This document shows positions 25,491-39,409 of a DNA stretch of 64,000 nucleotides, piece after piece. The notes under the pieces were generated by a model. It saw only the letters and a program-made list of their open reading frames with translations, was not told where the DNA came from and did not search any database. Origin of the DNA: Callorhinchus milii (lineage: Eukaryota); contig NW_024704757.1 in NCBI RefSeq assembly GCF_018977255.1, positions 10,106,001 through 10,170,000 of the forward strand. Reading direction: 5' to 3'. Numbering within the stretch: the first letter of the stretch is position 1; every line of letters begins with the position of its first letter. A program made the position numbers and the translations under genes.

Positions 25491-25900
25491 TGGGGAGGTA
25501 GGAGCAGACGGTTTCAGTGGGAAAAATAGCACCAGACATGAATCTCAACTCAGAAAATATCTGACAGCCAAGCTTCCCATGGAAGTAAATTTGTTCATTG
25601 AAAGGGAGCTGAAATTCCATCCAGTTTCAATGTACAGGACCATTTTGTTTTGAAATTTGCAATCATATAGAAATATGGAACATTCTTAAAATTCAGTCTC
25701 AATTTGAATGCTGGTGGGGCTGAAAAACCTGTAGAAAGTTGGCTTCCAAATGAACACTTGTTAAACATATTCCATAATTCTGCTCCATCTTAAGTTTTCA
25801 GACAAGGTGGTTTTAAAATCTTCACCTTTCACCTCTTATTCCAAATCCCTTCAGCACAGATAGATTTGTCTTGGAGCAGAAGTTTTGAAACAGAGGTATG

Positions 25901-25920
25901 TCATCGCCACCTCTTGGTCG
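25901..25920 (-). promoter_or_regulatory. Possible CTCF motif
   Basis: Minus strand CGACCAAGAGGTGGCGATG resembles CCASYAGRKGGCRS with two core mismatches. Motif match only. Confidence 0.3.
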
Positions 25921-25987
25921 ACCTCAGCAACATCATGTAGAATGTGTTTATTTCTCACCGTAATCAAGACATGAAGTTTCTTCATAT

Positions 25988-26347
25988 AATAATAATCTTG
26001 CATTTAATATAACGTCTTATCACGTCTGCGATACGTCTCAAAGAGCCTCACAGAATATACTGTAAAGTAAATTGCCTATATTTTGTGGGTGAAACGTGGC
26101 AGCCAATTGCACACAGCAGTGTCCCACAAACAATTGTGGATTGACGTGACCAATTTATTATTATTTTTTTGAAGGGACTATTACCCCCAGAAAAGCGATC
26201 TGCCAATCGACTAACAACCGGGTTCCTACTCACTGCTAGGTAAACAGGCGTGTGGAGTGAGGAAACTTGACCAACATTTTGCCCTGCTGGGAATCAAACC
26301 CAGATCTCTCACTTGCGAGGCGAGTGCTCTAACCACTACAGGACCCC
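25988..26347 (-). mobile_element. Young SINE, long variant with an extra ~65-bp central segment
   Basis: Full head and tail plus gaaaagcgatctgccaatcgactaacaaccgggttcctactcactgctaggtaaac, which most copies lack. Confidence 0.9.
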
Positions 26348-28439
26348 ACAGAATCTGAATGACAGAGCTACTAAGAACCATCACTGAGAAAAACATTGTA
26401 AGCTGCAGCGTACACTTGACGAAAGCTACATTAAAAATAACACTGGTTCAAAAACGCAAAAAGTGCAGAATTGAAATGAAAGTCCAGGCTGTGTTTACTA
26501 TTCTAACATTTTGATCCAGGTTGAAACCTGATGTTAAGAAAACCTATGGGATATTGCCGGACTGGCCAAGTGATTTATGAAAAATCACCACAGCTGCACT
26601 GAACAAGCATTTCCCAGCAAACAAGGTGAAACTGTTAGGTTGAAATATTATGATCTTTCTGATTATATTTTTGAGATTCATGTATTGACTATTCAAATCC
26701 ATATCAATTACATTTATCCTTCTTTTGGTAAATCTTGGTGCTTTCTTGATTCCATCACGGAGACATGAAGCACCTTCTGTTTATCACAATGTCCGATTTG
26801 TTTTCAGGATTCTGCAGAGTTTTGGAAGGATACATACTGAGAGATTATTCCTGCTGTTTGGAAAATCAGTAAGAATGATCATCACTGGAAGAGGTTAGGG
26901 GAGACTAAAAGACTCAATATTTTTGTAAATGTCTACCAGCATATTGAATGCTTTGACATATTCATCACTGATGCTGAGAATTTCAGCATTTAAATACCAA
27001 TAATTACATTTGAATTAGTGCCTTACCATGTCAAAAGATCTCAAAGTGCTTCACAGAGGTTTTTGTAAAATGCACAGGATGTAGTGACTGTGTGTTTTGT
27101 GGGTTAGTTTGTGAATCAAGACCAAGAAGTTATAACTACCCAAAAGTATTATGTATAAGCTTCTTCCAGACAGAAAAGGGGAGACAGACTTTCATTCCAG
27201 GATGGATATAAACCTATTTCCCAATGGTGAAAAATCGTGACCAAATTCAGAAATCCACCTGCTGGAAAATCTACACACATCAGCAGGTAAGGAAAAGATT
27301 AGGTTCATTTATGATGCCCCACCAATTTAAAAATCTGCTAATAATCTTTATCAAGGACCATAAATAGACAATACAGGGGGTCTGGAGGCCAACCATAGGT
27401 CTTTACCCCAATAAAATGCTGTTTAAGTTTGTTAAGGGACGACAATCACATTGGGAACTAGAAGTGGTGGATTTCCTATGAGAGCCATATTCTTGGTCTT
27501 GATGTACAAACCAGCCCACAAAGTACACAGTCACTACATCCTGTGAAGCACTTTGGGACATCCTCCCGAAGTGAAAGATGCTATACCAATTGTAAGGATT
27601 ATTATTATTAGTCGCTCAACTTTGCAGTAAATCCTGTAGAGGGTTTTTAGATGTCCTCCCGACGAGAAAGGCACTCTATCAAATGTAAGCTTTCTTTTAA
27701 AAACAATTCTGTAATGCACAAAGAGTTAAAGTTTAATGAAATATTCATCCCACAAGGAGGCTGTGTAGTGCAGATGGTAGAATACTTGCTTCATGATTTG
27801 AATGATGAAGAGCCAAGGATTTTGAAGGTTAAGGAGAACCCAGGCCGAGCTCGGCGGTTGGCTCGCTTCTGGAAGCCCGAATTCAAATGTAGCCATTATC
27901 ATCAAAAAATTAACATTGAGTTTTGGAAATTGAATTGTTGCATCAAAGCAGATTTAATTCATGAAAAGTAAATTAATGAAACTGAACAGAGACAAATGTT
28001 TCCAAATACGCTGTCCAAGTGGACACAGGATGCTGGAATTACCAAAATACAATAAAAGCAGGATCATGTTTGACATATCATGGAGAAGTAAGATCTTTTT
28101 CTAGATTTTACTAGTGGAAACACTAAAATTGGAATTATGAATACTACTCCTTGTACTGCCATCCCCCCTTGCAGCCCTATTCTTATTTTAGCTTATGATA
28201 TACACATTTGTAACCACGGCAACTCTTTGAGCTCTCTTCTGAACTTAAGTAATATAGTATTCGAATTGCTCTTTTAGTCTTGGGTAACTCATTGGTAAGA
28301 CTACATTTGGAACACCGTGTGCAGTCTTCAACCTCCAACTTTCAAAGAATAGCTGGAAAAGATCTAGTGAAGAGCAAACAGGCCGATTTAAACCCCATCG
28401 ATGGGCTGACAGAATTCAACTTTCTTAATAATATTAATA

Positions 28440-28830
28440 ATATTCTTTGCATTTGATGCAGGATCTTAGTAGCTCATCGGAATGTCTCAAAGAGCTTCAT
28501 AGGCTATATCTCAAAGTGGTTTGACCATGTATTTTGTAGGCAAAGTGCGGCAGACAGTTGCGCCCAGTAATGTCTCAAGATGAGATGAGTGACCAGTTTT
28601 ACCGGGGGGATTGTTGGCCAGGACACCAGGACAAACTTCCACTTTGTTTAAGGTCCACCTGTAAACCCAGACAGGACCTTGGTTTAACATCTCATCCGAA
28701 GGACCATCCCACCCCCACATGCATTAGAGTCACAGCTTAGACGATGTGATTCCAAGTCCCAAAGTGGGGTTTGAACGACCAATCTTCTGATTCAGAGGCG
28801 AGAGTGCTACCACTGAGCTACGCTGACACA
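28440..28830 (-). mobile_element. Old DeuSINE (SacSINE1-like)
   Basis: ggtttaacatctcatccgaagga (Deu domain) and reverse head ttctgattcagaggcgagagtgctaccactgagc. Confidence 0.85.
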
Positions 28831-29244
28831 CTTTAAACAGAGAAAAGGTAATACTAAAAAAAATGTAATGAGGTGAAGAAAATATAAACGTATAACATAA
28901 CAATAGGCCATTCAGCCCAACCAGGCTGCTCTTGCGTCAAAGCATAAAGTCAAGTATACTTGGATTATTAAAGCTAGCAATCTTTTAATAAATCTTCAGA
29001 ATGGGTTTTCACATTGTAACAATTTAGTGCAAACCGCTATTTTTAGCACAGACCTCCTGCACAATTTGCTCTGTAATGAACTCAGCATGACACAGCTCAT
29101 CTCCTAAAGAAAAGTTCTGAAAAATGTTACTGTATTCCCCGAAAGGTAATCAAACAAACCTACAGCCCATCTAACTAATCTCACATCCCATAATTTTCAT
29201 TCTTGGCTGGTTACTTTCCTCAGTTATGACATTTCATTATGGGC

Positions 29245-29880
29245 CCAGCACTTCAGGGACGATTAGTCCTGGAGTTAGCCTATACCTACTATCCCCGAGG
29301 AGCCTATAGCAAGTATTTCTGATGCCACAATGTCTGAGGAGCCACCCCCTCAACATGTTAAGCACTGTACACGTGTCAAGTTCACTGTAGGTTCATAAAA
29401 TAAAAGAATTGTGAGTCAAGCCAAACATATTACTATGATCCACAATGATCTGTATGCTTAAGCTGTAAAAATCCTTGACGTTTAGGTAGCTAAGTGCATT
29501 TCTGGTGGATGTACAGATCACCACATGTGTGCAATCAATGATTCCTTGAACCTGTACAAAACTTGACATACCATGAAAACCTCTCTGGCAAGTCATCTGA
29601 TCTGCTTGATTCCTGCTGAAGGCAACAATCCCTTTTGCATTTCTTACATATAGTGTATTAGTCACACAGACAATGACACAGTGTAGTTCATATTCCACCT
29701 ACACTTCCAGTATGACTTTGGAATGAGCCAGTTGGGTAAACACCAGTGCCACCAGCATTTTGGTCTCTCTCGAGGCACTGTACATGTGTCAATCGATGCT
29801 TACAGCTCGAGATCTTCTTCGGCACTCTTCTCCAGCTTCAAATATACCAACTTACATACACATTGCTCTTTCTCCCACCC
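29245..29880 (-). mobile_element. PIF/Harbinger DDE transposase fossil (HARBI1-like)
   Basis: Colinear motifs on the minus strand: MLVAL..TGSFQ, VQGIIDCTHV, YLNVKDFYSLSIQIIVD, HNSFIL, LLGDSRY. Stops and frameshifts are present. Confidence 0.85.
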
Positions 29881-30440
29881 ACCCATTTACAATATTGAAA
29901 TTAAGCTTCATTAATCCTGAAATTAAGCATAGTCTTAATTCAGTACGTTCCAAAAGTTCAAAAAAAATGTCAAGGTCTCAGCATTTGCTTCCTTCTACAG
30001 ACAAATCTTGGGATCATCCAACTACTGCAACATAATTTACCTCATCTTCTCTGCTACTCCTTTCAAACCCATTGGCGTCCCAGACTGTGGACGATGACTC
30101 TTCACTTGGGTTTCTCAATGAAAAAATTATCCACTATAATACAAGACCGTTTTTCTTTATAAATTATGACATATGTTTGAATGCAGCTTTCCTATGGACT
30201 TGGCACTAATATAAGAAACTACTTCTTGTAGATTAATAGCAATAACACTGTGCCTGAACTGGTTCTGTCAACACCTATCATCTCCTTGAAATTTTTAATC
30301 TCCAATAATCTGTTTCCCATTGCTTTTTAAAGACCAGTTCTGCCTACATTTTCAAATATTTAATTTATTAGCATTGCAAATAAGCTTCTATGCATAGTAG
30401 GAAATTTACCAAGGTTTTAATGTCCTCAAAATGCAATGTG

Positions 30441-30770
30441 AACTCCTGTAGCTCAGTGGTTAGAGCACTCGCTTTGCAAGTGAGAGACCTGAGTTCAATT
30501 CCAGACAGGGCGAAATCTTGGGCAAGTTTCCTTACTCCACACACCTAATAGTAATCCCTCCAAAAAACAAAAACAATAATAAATTGGTCATTTTCAATCT
30601 ACGACTGTTTGTGGGACATTGCTGTGCGCAATTGGCTGCCGTGTTCGTCCACAAATATACAGTCAATTCAGTGTGTCTTCACAGTGTGTCCTGTGTTCTG
30701 TGAAGCGCTTTGGGACGTCCTCCCGACGTGAAAAGCGCTATATCAAATGCAAGGATTATTATTATTATTA
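30441..30770 (+). mobile_element. Young SINE, full length
   Basis: Highly similar to 13566-13896, with a local slippage duplication at about 30668-30700. Confidence 0.92.
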
Positions 30771-30859
30771 TGTAAAGAAGTGTTAATGAAATTCCTACTT
30801 GTACAATTGTGAAGGGGGCTTTCTTGATTAAAGATACGCCTGCTCAAATTTACAATCCT

Positions 30860-31212
30860 TCCCCCTACCCCTGTGATTTCCAAACCCCCTACCAACCTGC
30901 CCGCTCCCACCGCTCAGCGGGCTCCGGCCTGATTCACGTCCCCGCCCCGTCCCCCATCATTGGCGGGTGGGCCTTCAGCCTCTCTGCCCCCACCCTCTGA
31001 AACTCCATCCCACAGTCCCTCCACCTCGCCCCCTCCCTTGCCTCCTTCAGGCCCATCTCAAGACCCTCCTCTTTGACCATGCCTTCGATCACCCTCCTTC
31101 CCACCTGCTCGATCCCAACTGCCAGCTCGGGTCCGAAACACTGATTGTCCAGCGCCTTGGGACATCGTCCTGACTTGAAAGGGCTATACAAATGTAATTT
31201 TGTTCTTGTGTT
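30860..31212 (+). mobile_element. L2 LINE 3' end
   Basis: PYQPARSHRS..GLIHVP...IGGWAFS.SAPTL and an L2 tail. Confidence 0.85.
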
Positions 31213-32719
31213 GCCAATTTTCTGTATGGTGGGCACTTTAGTCCCCTATGAGGTGATGTCCCCTTTTAAAAACATCGAGCCCTTGCTACTTGTAATGCAC
31301 TTGTTGAATAAAAGGAAGATGTTAGCTTTTCATGTAAACTTTCTGTTGTGTTAGAAACATGAGATGGGAGGAGGGGCAGGGGATGAAAATTATAAGTAGA
31401 AACAACAGTAGTGGTGGCATTGTTGGAGGAAATTTATGAAAATGTCAAGATAGAACAGAAAATCAAATATTCTATCCACAGAAAATTAAAGGAAATATGT
31501 AGGACAATAAATTTAGTGTTTATATTGCGTTAGTTTGGAAATACTTTTAGAGAACCTTTCCACAACTATGAAAAAATAAGGAAATTTAATTTACAAACCT
31601 TTCCACTAGTATTAAATGTCATTCAAAAATGTCAGTTAAGTCTGTTCCCTGCATCTTTGAAGCGGAGAACTGGGTATCCTACTTTAACCTTCTTGGTTAC
31701 TTAACATTTTATAAAATATATTACATTTGCCTACATTATATTGCACAAAATACAAAACCATCAAATGCATGCAAACGCTAAATTGTATTTCGCAACATAA
31801 AGGGATAAAAATTCAGTGTACTATATAACACAAAGGAAAATAATATTGGTGACATAATTTGGGAGTTAAAATTAAATGTACCGAATTGTACATGCAAAAT
31901 TCCTGTGAGGTTTTAACCTTTTTTTTTCTGGAAACGGTAGCTGTTTCAAACATGAAAATAGTCTTGAATATACAAGTGTTTTGGAAGTAGGAAATTATAT
32001 CTTTTTCCCAGCAACATAAACACCAAAAGCTCTTTGGAACATCTACACTGAGTTGTTTTGGAGGGACCAGAGAATTTTATGAAAACATTATGTTATTATA
32101 TAAATCTATATTTATTTAAAATATTTTACTAAATATATCTGAGGAAGAAGTACTAATGGAGAAAATCGAGAAAAGGCTAAGAACAAGAGTTTGCTAGTCA
32201 AAATATTTATATAAAAGTGCTCATTAATACAAACGTATGTATATATTTACAAACTTAGTAGTGCATCTTCTATGTTGTGTTTTTCCTCTGCTAATCCCCT
32301 TTTTGTGCTCACTAGCCTGACATGATGCATCTAAAACTGTGTGAGAGGGACAAAGATCCCTGATGGATCCCTGATCCCAGACACCCCTGATCCCTGACAC
32401 CCCTCCCATCCACTCCCCCCACCCACCCACACACACTCTAAGTAGAAGATTAAGGACAATAACTTTGCCTCCATTTAACACCATCCTCAACGGGCCACAC
32501 TGTGTAGCGACACTTTCCTCCTTGCCCCTGAGTTGGCTTTCATTTTATTTGGTTCCACAGAACAACATTCTTCTTGTTGATGTTAAACATAAAAAAAAAT
32601 GTTAAACATAAACACTGGTCTCAAAAAGGATAAGTTTATTATTGCCAACTGATACATCCTTTGGTCACACTAGAAGCAAGTAAAGAAAATGTGCTCTTTG
32701 AAAAGCTCATCTGCCAGCA

Positions 32720-33050
32720 CTCGTGCCGGGAGGTTGTGGATTCAAGCCCCACTTGTACTCATATAGTCTAGGCTGACACTGCATTTCTGGAGGTGCCATC
32801 CTTCGGATGATCTTATCTGCCTGTTCAGGGGGAAATTTCCAATCCCATGGTACTGTTTGAAAAGAGAAGAGAGTTTCTCTTGGACTCCTGGCCAAAAATC
32901 CTCCAAATAAAATTGGTCGTGGCTGTTTGTGAGATATTGCAATGCGCAAATTGTCTGCTGTGTTTTGCCTACAATGTACAGTCGCTATACTCTGCAGTAT
33001 ATCTTGTGCAGACATCCTCCTGACGTGACGTAAAGATCGTTATTATTAGG
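32720..33050 (+). mobile_element. Old DeuSINE (SacSINE1-like)
   Basis: ggaggttgtggattcaagcccc (B box), ggaggtgccatccttcggatga, atcccatggtactgtttgaa and Deu 3' part. Confidence 0.8.
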
Positions 33051-35694
33051 ATTATTTTTAAGATGAGGTGCACAGTTGAAAAGAGTAGGCGAGAAGGCGA
33101 TAGGCGAGTAGGAGATAAACCAAATAGTAATTAGTAACTCCAAGCCTTGTGATTGTAGGAGAGAGGACTGAGACTGGTGAGGAGTTCCACAGTTTTGAAA
33201 TCTTGGGAATAGAATGAGTTAAGAGTAAGAGATCATGTGATGAGTTTAAATTTTAAAATTGTGAGCATGAAGATTCTATCGGACAATCTGGCAACAACCA
33301 AAGGAAAGTTTGGACCATTGAGTTAGTATTTATAAAACAGAAAGATGAGAGATTTATCGTAGTAACTTCTCCTACTCCACAGAATTAACCTGAGTGCATA
33401 TTCTCAGTATTACAGTTGAGCTGTTTAAATATTCCAGTCTTTAAAATGGTCTATAATTCCATTGTTTATACTGATTATTTCTAAATTGGAAAGAACCATC
33501 AGCCAAAATTATACTCAAAATTATTTAATCTCCAGCCTCATGCTGGACATTTTTGTCATTTTTTTAAATAATATTTCTATTATTTTTAAAAATCCATTTG
33601 ATTAATTTGATCTCTCCCTAATGTTGCCAAGGATACACCAGCTCAGAGTTAGATCTGAAAACAACTCAGCGAGCCTGGAATTTCTTTTGTGCAGCACCAC
33701 TGTAACCAATATATATTTAATGTTTTCTTTTTAAAATTTAATTCATAAATTTGCTGAAAAAAAAACTAGATCCTATTGCTATCCTAGATCTGATTTCTAT
33801 CATGTTACCCAGACATTGCTACATTTTTGTGATATAAACACAGCTTGCTTTCTGGGTTGAAGGTGGTTTGAGACACTGCCAGACAGAGGCGACAGAGAAA
33901 CGATGATGATAAGTAGTTTCTAATGGGATTGAATTACCTTAAATTAGAGAGATTCCAGCTGGAAGATAAAGTGAAAATAGCACTAAAAGGTAGTGATTAT
34001 GTACATTTCATTCAGCTCCACTTAAGTGAAATACCTCTAGGGAGAATGATTAGGTGATCAGAAATTTTAAAAACTAAACTATATATTCTGTCAGTGGTCT
34101 TGCTTAGTTCTGGCAAATTTATATTTTTAGAGTAACCCAATAGTTTCCCTCACCAAAAAAATAGAATCACTAGAACTGCCCATGAGCGAGTGAAGAGCAT
34201 TGTGTTACTGATCATTGGCCCATAGTTAAGTCTTAGAATGGCTTTGCAAGCTTATAAAGCAAAGCTCTGACTTCCTACCTTCCCCTCTTCAGATGGAGGG
34301 TTAACACCAAGCAAGATACTTCCACTGAAAAAGAGTAGGTCAGAGCAACTGGATGGTCAGGGCATTAAAACACTGTCCTTTTGTATTTCCTTACAGCTAA
34401 TGTCTCTGACTGTTGTTCAGATTCTGGAATGAATTTAATTTGAACAGTCTCTGAAATATGATGGGATTTTGTATAAGCGATGAAAAAAACATAAAATATT
34501 ATCACATTGGCTCTCGGTGGATCACAGATAATGACTTTCAAATGTGGTGACTATTTTTGAAGGTACACATTCTGTATTGCTAGTTTCCAGCAACAAGAAG
34601 GCACCCACATTGTCGGAACAGGCCTTCACAAGCACTGCTGGAACTTACATTGCAGCCAGCCGAGGTAAGGGGCTATTCCAAAATAAATCCCAATTTTCAT
34701 TTCATTTCTTGGGGTTTGGAGAGCTACAATTTCCCCGATTTTCTCCCATCATTTGACAGAAAAATAGAATCAAATTTGTGAATACAAAATTACTTTCAGT
34801 CCTGATTGATACAGTACATAGCCTTACCTGTGTTATTCCTGACTTGAGAGACTTGATGTTGGCACTGATTAACAAGTAGAAAATGCCTCATTCCCCAACA
34901 TTTTCTCGGCACAAATAGCATTCCCACAAAAATAAATAATAGAAAAAGGAGGCTAGCAGCAAAAAGAGATTTTTAGCATTGTCAACCTTACATAGTCCCC
35001 AGCAAACTTCTCCAGAATTGGCGCTTCCTCCACTGCTTGGCACCAAACTTCTACTTCAATTTGAACAAAATGCCTTCTGGAAAGTACTCGTTTGGAGAGC
35101 TTTTTTGCACTGTTCCTTTTCTCTCTTTATGCAATCAATAAAATCTGCAGTGGGCAAGTGAATCCCTCACTGAAGCCAAAGAGGTGATGAATTTGGCTCC
35201 AAAGTGAACCCTATGGCCATTTGGACCCATTCTTATTTTATTGGTTGACATTTCTTTCAGGTCTTGGCACCATTCATGACTAGTTGTTTATATTATCAAT
35301 TGCCCGCGCTTGTTTGAGTCAAAAAGAATTGGAGAGGAGAAATATCAGATTAACCAGGACCAATTGAATCTCTTGATCTCTCAACAAATGGATCTAAGTG
35401 GAAGACTACATGTTCCTGACATGGAGTGAAATTGCAGGAAGATCATTAGGAAAACATGGGATATATTATTTTTGAAGAAACTGTCTAATTGTCATTTTTG
35501 ATAAAACCTTCAAAATGCAAGACAATGGAATCCAGGTCCTTCCAATTATTCAGCGAGAAAATCTTCAGCCAAGATGGTGATGCAATGGCTACAGTTAGCT
35601 TTACTTCCCCAGACAAAGGCAAGGAAGGTTAGCCTGATTGTTAAATCATTCTGAAAGGTTCATGTACATAAATGTAGGGCAAGAACAATAGGTT

Positions 35695-35872
35695 CACCGT
35701 GCCTTCAGCTCCCTTCTCGACTCTCTACCCCCTCCTCGCTCCCTCCCTTCCCTCCCCTCACCCTGATCATTTCCCCCCTGCTCGGGTCCTGACCCAACTG
35801 GCCAGCGCCTTGGGACGTCCTCCCAACGTGAAAGACGCTCTATAATTGAAATCTTGTTGTTGTGTTGTTGTT
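35695..35872 (+). mobile_element. L2 3' tail, same young subfamily as 4780-5050
   Basis: Near-identical sequence without the internal duplication. Confidence 0.88.
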
Positions 35873-37547
35873 GTATGCATCGCATTATTTTATAGCCTGC
35901 CAACACTCATGTCATGGCTCACCTGATACTACAACAACAAAATTACATTTGTATAGTGCTTTCACGTCGGGTGGACGACCTAAGGCACTGGACAGACTAA
36001 TCAACTACTGGCATTGTGGAACAACCATCACTTTCAGAAGAGAGGAGAAAATTGACCCAAAAATAAGCATTTGAATCTTGCATCCAATTTCAGAGTAACC
36101 ATTTCAATAAAATAAGTGCCACTGAGCTCCGATGAAATGGTGCTGCACATCCTCGAATAAACTCAGTGAGTGAAATTATAATGGAAATCACCATGTTGGT
36201 CCTGTATACTTCACAGGTATCACCTGTTCCTCAGGTGCTGTCAGTCATTCATTCCACCCCAAACCATTGAAATTCAACCCATCACGCAGGTGGGTTGGGA
36301 AAGAGTCAGGGACTTAAAAATATCGATGCTCAGAAAAATAAATGCTTCACATCAACTCTCGCCAAGCTCTGTTTTTTTCCTTTATGTGTACATTTGTGAA
36401 GTCCTTATTGGTGAGGCTGTGAACAGAACATGCCAAAACTTTCATAAGAATTCCCAGCAGGTTCTTGCTAACACTTTTCCACAGATGTCTCTGGAGCGAG
36501 CCAGTCAGTAGTGCTTTGCTTGGCTCACGTGGACATTAGAAATTGCAAGTGGACCAAACTTGGCTTCATGACTTGAAGTTGCCAATAAACAGTATTTCTC
36601 TAATTTATAGGTGCTGAATATGTAGAAATTCAGCAGCTGCCTTTTAAATTTTTCTTAAATATTCAAAATCTTTGTATTTCCTCGTTGTGTCTCCACAAAA
36701 GTGTCACCAGATCTTGTACCAACAACAACAACAACATCAACTTGCATTTATATACCGTATCTCCAGGGGGTTAAGAGGAGGATGTCAAGGTTAACATGAT
36801 TCTGAGGTTTCTGGCCAACGTTACTCTTCGTGCTGACTGCTGCTGCTGCCACATCCTCAACATTCCATTGCCACTCTGCCACACGGTGATTCCACTTAAC
36901 ACCTCCTCATAGCAGCCTGAGGCTGAAAATTCAACAGAATATAGGGAGGGCTGGAAACTGCATCATTCCACTCTAAGGTGCTGCACACCAAGAACATTGC
37001 TCCAACCCAAAGTAAATCAACCATATCCTAAGAGGAACTGGAAACCAATTACATAACAGATGTCCAGATCAAGAAGGTCTTTCAATCCATTTGATCTAAT
37101 CTTTCCAGAATACTTGCTGTACTTCCTTCTCAATAAAGCATCAAGGCAGATCTTAAATGAATCCAGTTGTCAACCCTCTAAAACCCTTCTTGGTAACCCT
37201 TTCCAGCTGTTTGACCAACCACTTTCTGTGCAACGAAAAACTTCCTAATGTTTATCCTTAAAAAATGACTTTCACAACAACATTCCTTATACTTGATATT
37301 ACACCAAGCTTGCAGGGCGTTCCTGGTACCTGCCATTCACACAGTGAGCGTTCAAACCCGCCCTTGTCAGATGTCAAATGCACAGCCAGACTGGCTCATC
37401 AGTAGGACTTGGAGAAGACCAATCATTGGGACAAGGATTTTTCCCAGTCTAGAGCTACAAGCCAAACCCCTAGGGTGGTCCTAGCTTCACAAGCATCAGG
37501 AAAGCTTCCCAGACAGTGTTTTCAATGGCAAGCTGTGCGGTTTTAGC

Positions 37548-37775
37548 TGGTTAGACTCCAGCAATACCACAATGCACACTCTGGGGTCTCCAAGCCAGCC
37601 TGTGCCTAATAATCTCCAGAATTAGGAAAACAGGATGCATCCCTTCAGGGAGAGAGTGTACATTCCAATGCACACAAATTTCTATGTGTAGGTGGGATGC
37701 ATGGAACTCTGTTTGGTGTGGATATTCTAAAGCATGGTGATGGTTTTCCGCATGTGTCAGAAGCCCGGTTGACCA
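37548..37775 (+). repeat. Unclassified structured dispersed repeat, copy 3 of 3
   Basis: gcctaat...attagg..caggatgcatccc...gggatgcatggaact...ccgcatgtgtcaga. Confidence 0.8.
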
Positions 37776-37879
37776 CCCCACCACCAACCAAAAAGAAAAT
37801 CGCCTTTTACAATAAAATGTATGAAAGTGCTTCACAGATAAAATTCCGTCAATTACATCCGGCATAGACAGGCAATGCA

Positions 37880-38330
37880 GTGGAAGTGAAGGAAAGTAAG
37901 AGATGCAGTAGCATTTGAAGGACAGTTGGGAGACAAACAACATATTGACATTCTGCACCAGCTCCATGAAGTGGAGAGAGCACGTGGGCAGATTAATGCT
38001 GTAAGTGCCTGAGGTGAGAGAGCAGTGATGGAAGGGCTAAGCAGGATTCAGTCTTGAGCTGTAGAAAGTTAGAACTCATTGAACATTTGATCTGACAGGC
38101 AAACGGTCAGAACAGCAGTGGTACTGGAATTGATGGTAGAGGAGAGAGAAAGAGTTCTGCATCATCTTGTGTGTAAATGGATCATATATCTTGAAATGTC
38201 ACAAAGGAGAAACATTTAGACAAGGAAAAGAACAGAAGACAGAGCTCTGAGGATTGCTTGTGATGGTGGGGATGGGACAAGACAAAGTGAAGAAGTTGGG
38301 ATCAGTAAGAATGAATTAACCTAAGGCCTT
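37880..38330 (-). mobile_element. Highly decayed L2 RT fragment
   Basis: The reverse strand shows degenerate PQ.SV and DD.EL-like RT motifs at the expected spacing. Confidence 0.45.
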
Positions 38331-38769
38331 GAAGTAGAACTCATGATAGTTTTTACCACTTAAAAGCTTTTGTGTCAGCCTAGCTCAATTGGTCCATATA
38401 ATCCAGGCTGACACTACAATGCATTTCTGGAGGTGTCATCCTTCTGGTGTCCTGCCCAAGAATCCCCCAATAAAAATAGATAATTACTTCATGACTGTGC
38501 TGTGCATAACTTGGCCACTGTGCAGTGTATCCTGTGAAGCGCTTTGAGACATCCTCCCAATGTGAACTACACTATCCAAATGCAAGGATTATTATTAATT
38601 ATTAAAAGAGAATTAGACAAAGATTTGGAAAGGAAAAATATTTTTAAAAGTATGACAAAAAGGCAGGGAAGTAGGCCTAAACTGATGGTTCTTACTGGGA
38701 CCAAGCAGAGGCACATTGGGCCTTCTTGTGCTGAAAATCTATTTGATTCTAGACTTCCTTCTCTGATTC

Positions 38770-39120
38770 TACACCCACCAGTGGAAATAGTTTCTCCTTG
38801 TTCACCCTATCGAATCCCCTCATAATTTTGAAAACTTCTCTTAAGTCTCCTCTTAACCTTCTCTGCTCCAAGGAGAATAATCCTGGCTTCTCTAGCCTCT
38901 CCTCATAACTGAAGGCCCTCATTCCTGGTACCATCCTGGTTAATTTCCTTTGCACTCTCTCCAATGCCTTGACATCCTTCCTACAGTGTGGTGCCCAGAA
39001 CTGAACACAGTACTCCAGCTGAGGTCTAACCAGTGGTTTATAAAAGTTCATCATAACTTCCTGACTTTTGTATTCCATGCCCCTATTTATAAAGCTTAGT
39101 ATTTTATATGCTTTTCTCAC
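38770..39120 (-). mobile_element. CR1 LINE ORF2 C-terminal fragment, well preserved
   Basis: YKPLVRPQLEYCVQFWAPHCRKDVKALERVQRKLTRMVPG...SYEERL..GLFSLEQRRLRGDL. Confidence 0.93.
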
Positions 39121-39409
39121 AGATTATAGCCAGAGCCTCCACCATTATTTCCACCCTAGGATGTACCCTGTCTGGATCAGGTGACTTATGGTGGAAAAAA
39201 ACAGTAAAAAATGACTTTAAGGGTCCACAACAATCACAGAGGCCTGGGAAAAAAGTTACTGGTTAAAATCTAATTGAGGGGTTTAAATGGTTTCTATATA
39301 GAATAACAGATGCCAGAGAGCAAAGTTACTGGTGGAAATCTAATCGAGTGGTTTTGGACGGTTTAAAAATATTGAGGTGGATCATATTATCTGTGACAGT
39401 TAAGATCAT

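Noticed and set aside
34992-35145. Minus-strand exon with AG/GTAAG boundaries
   Set aside because: All three frames from the acceptor contain stops.
38600-39120. Twin-priming inverted CR1
   Set aside because: The two CR1 pieces meet tail to tail and differ in decay, which fits two separate insertions.
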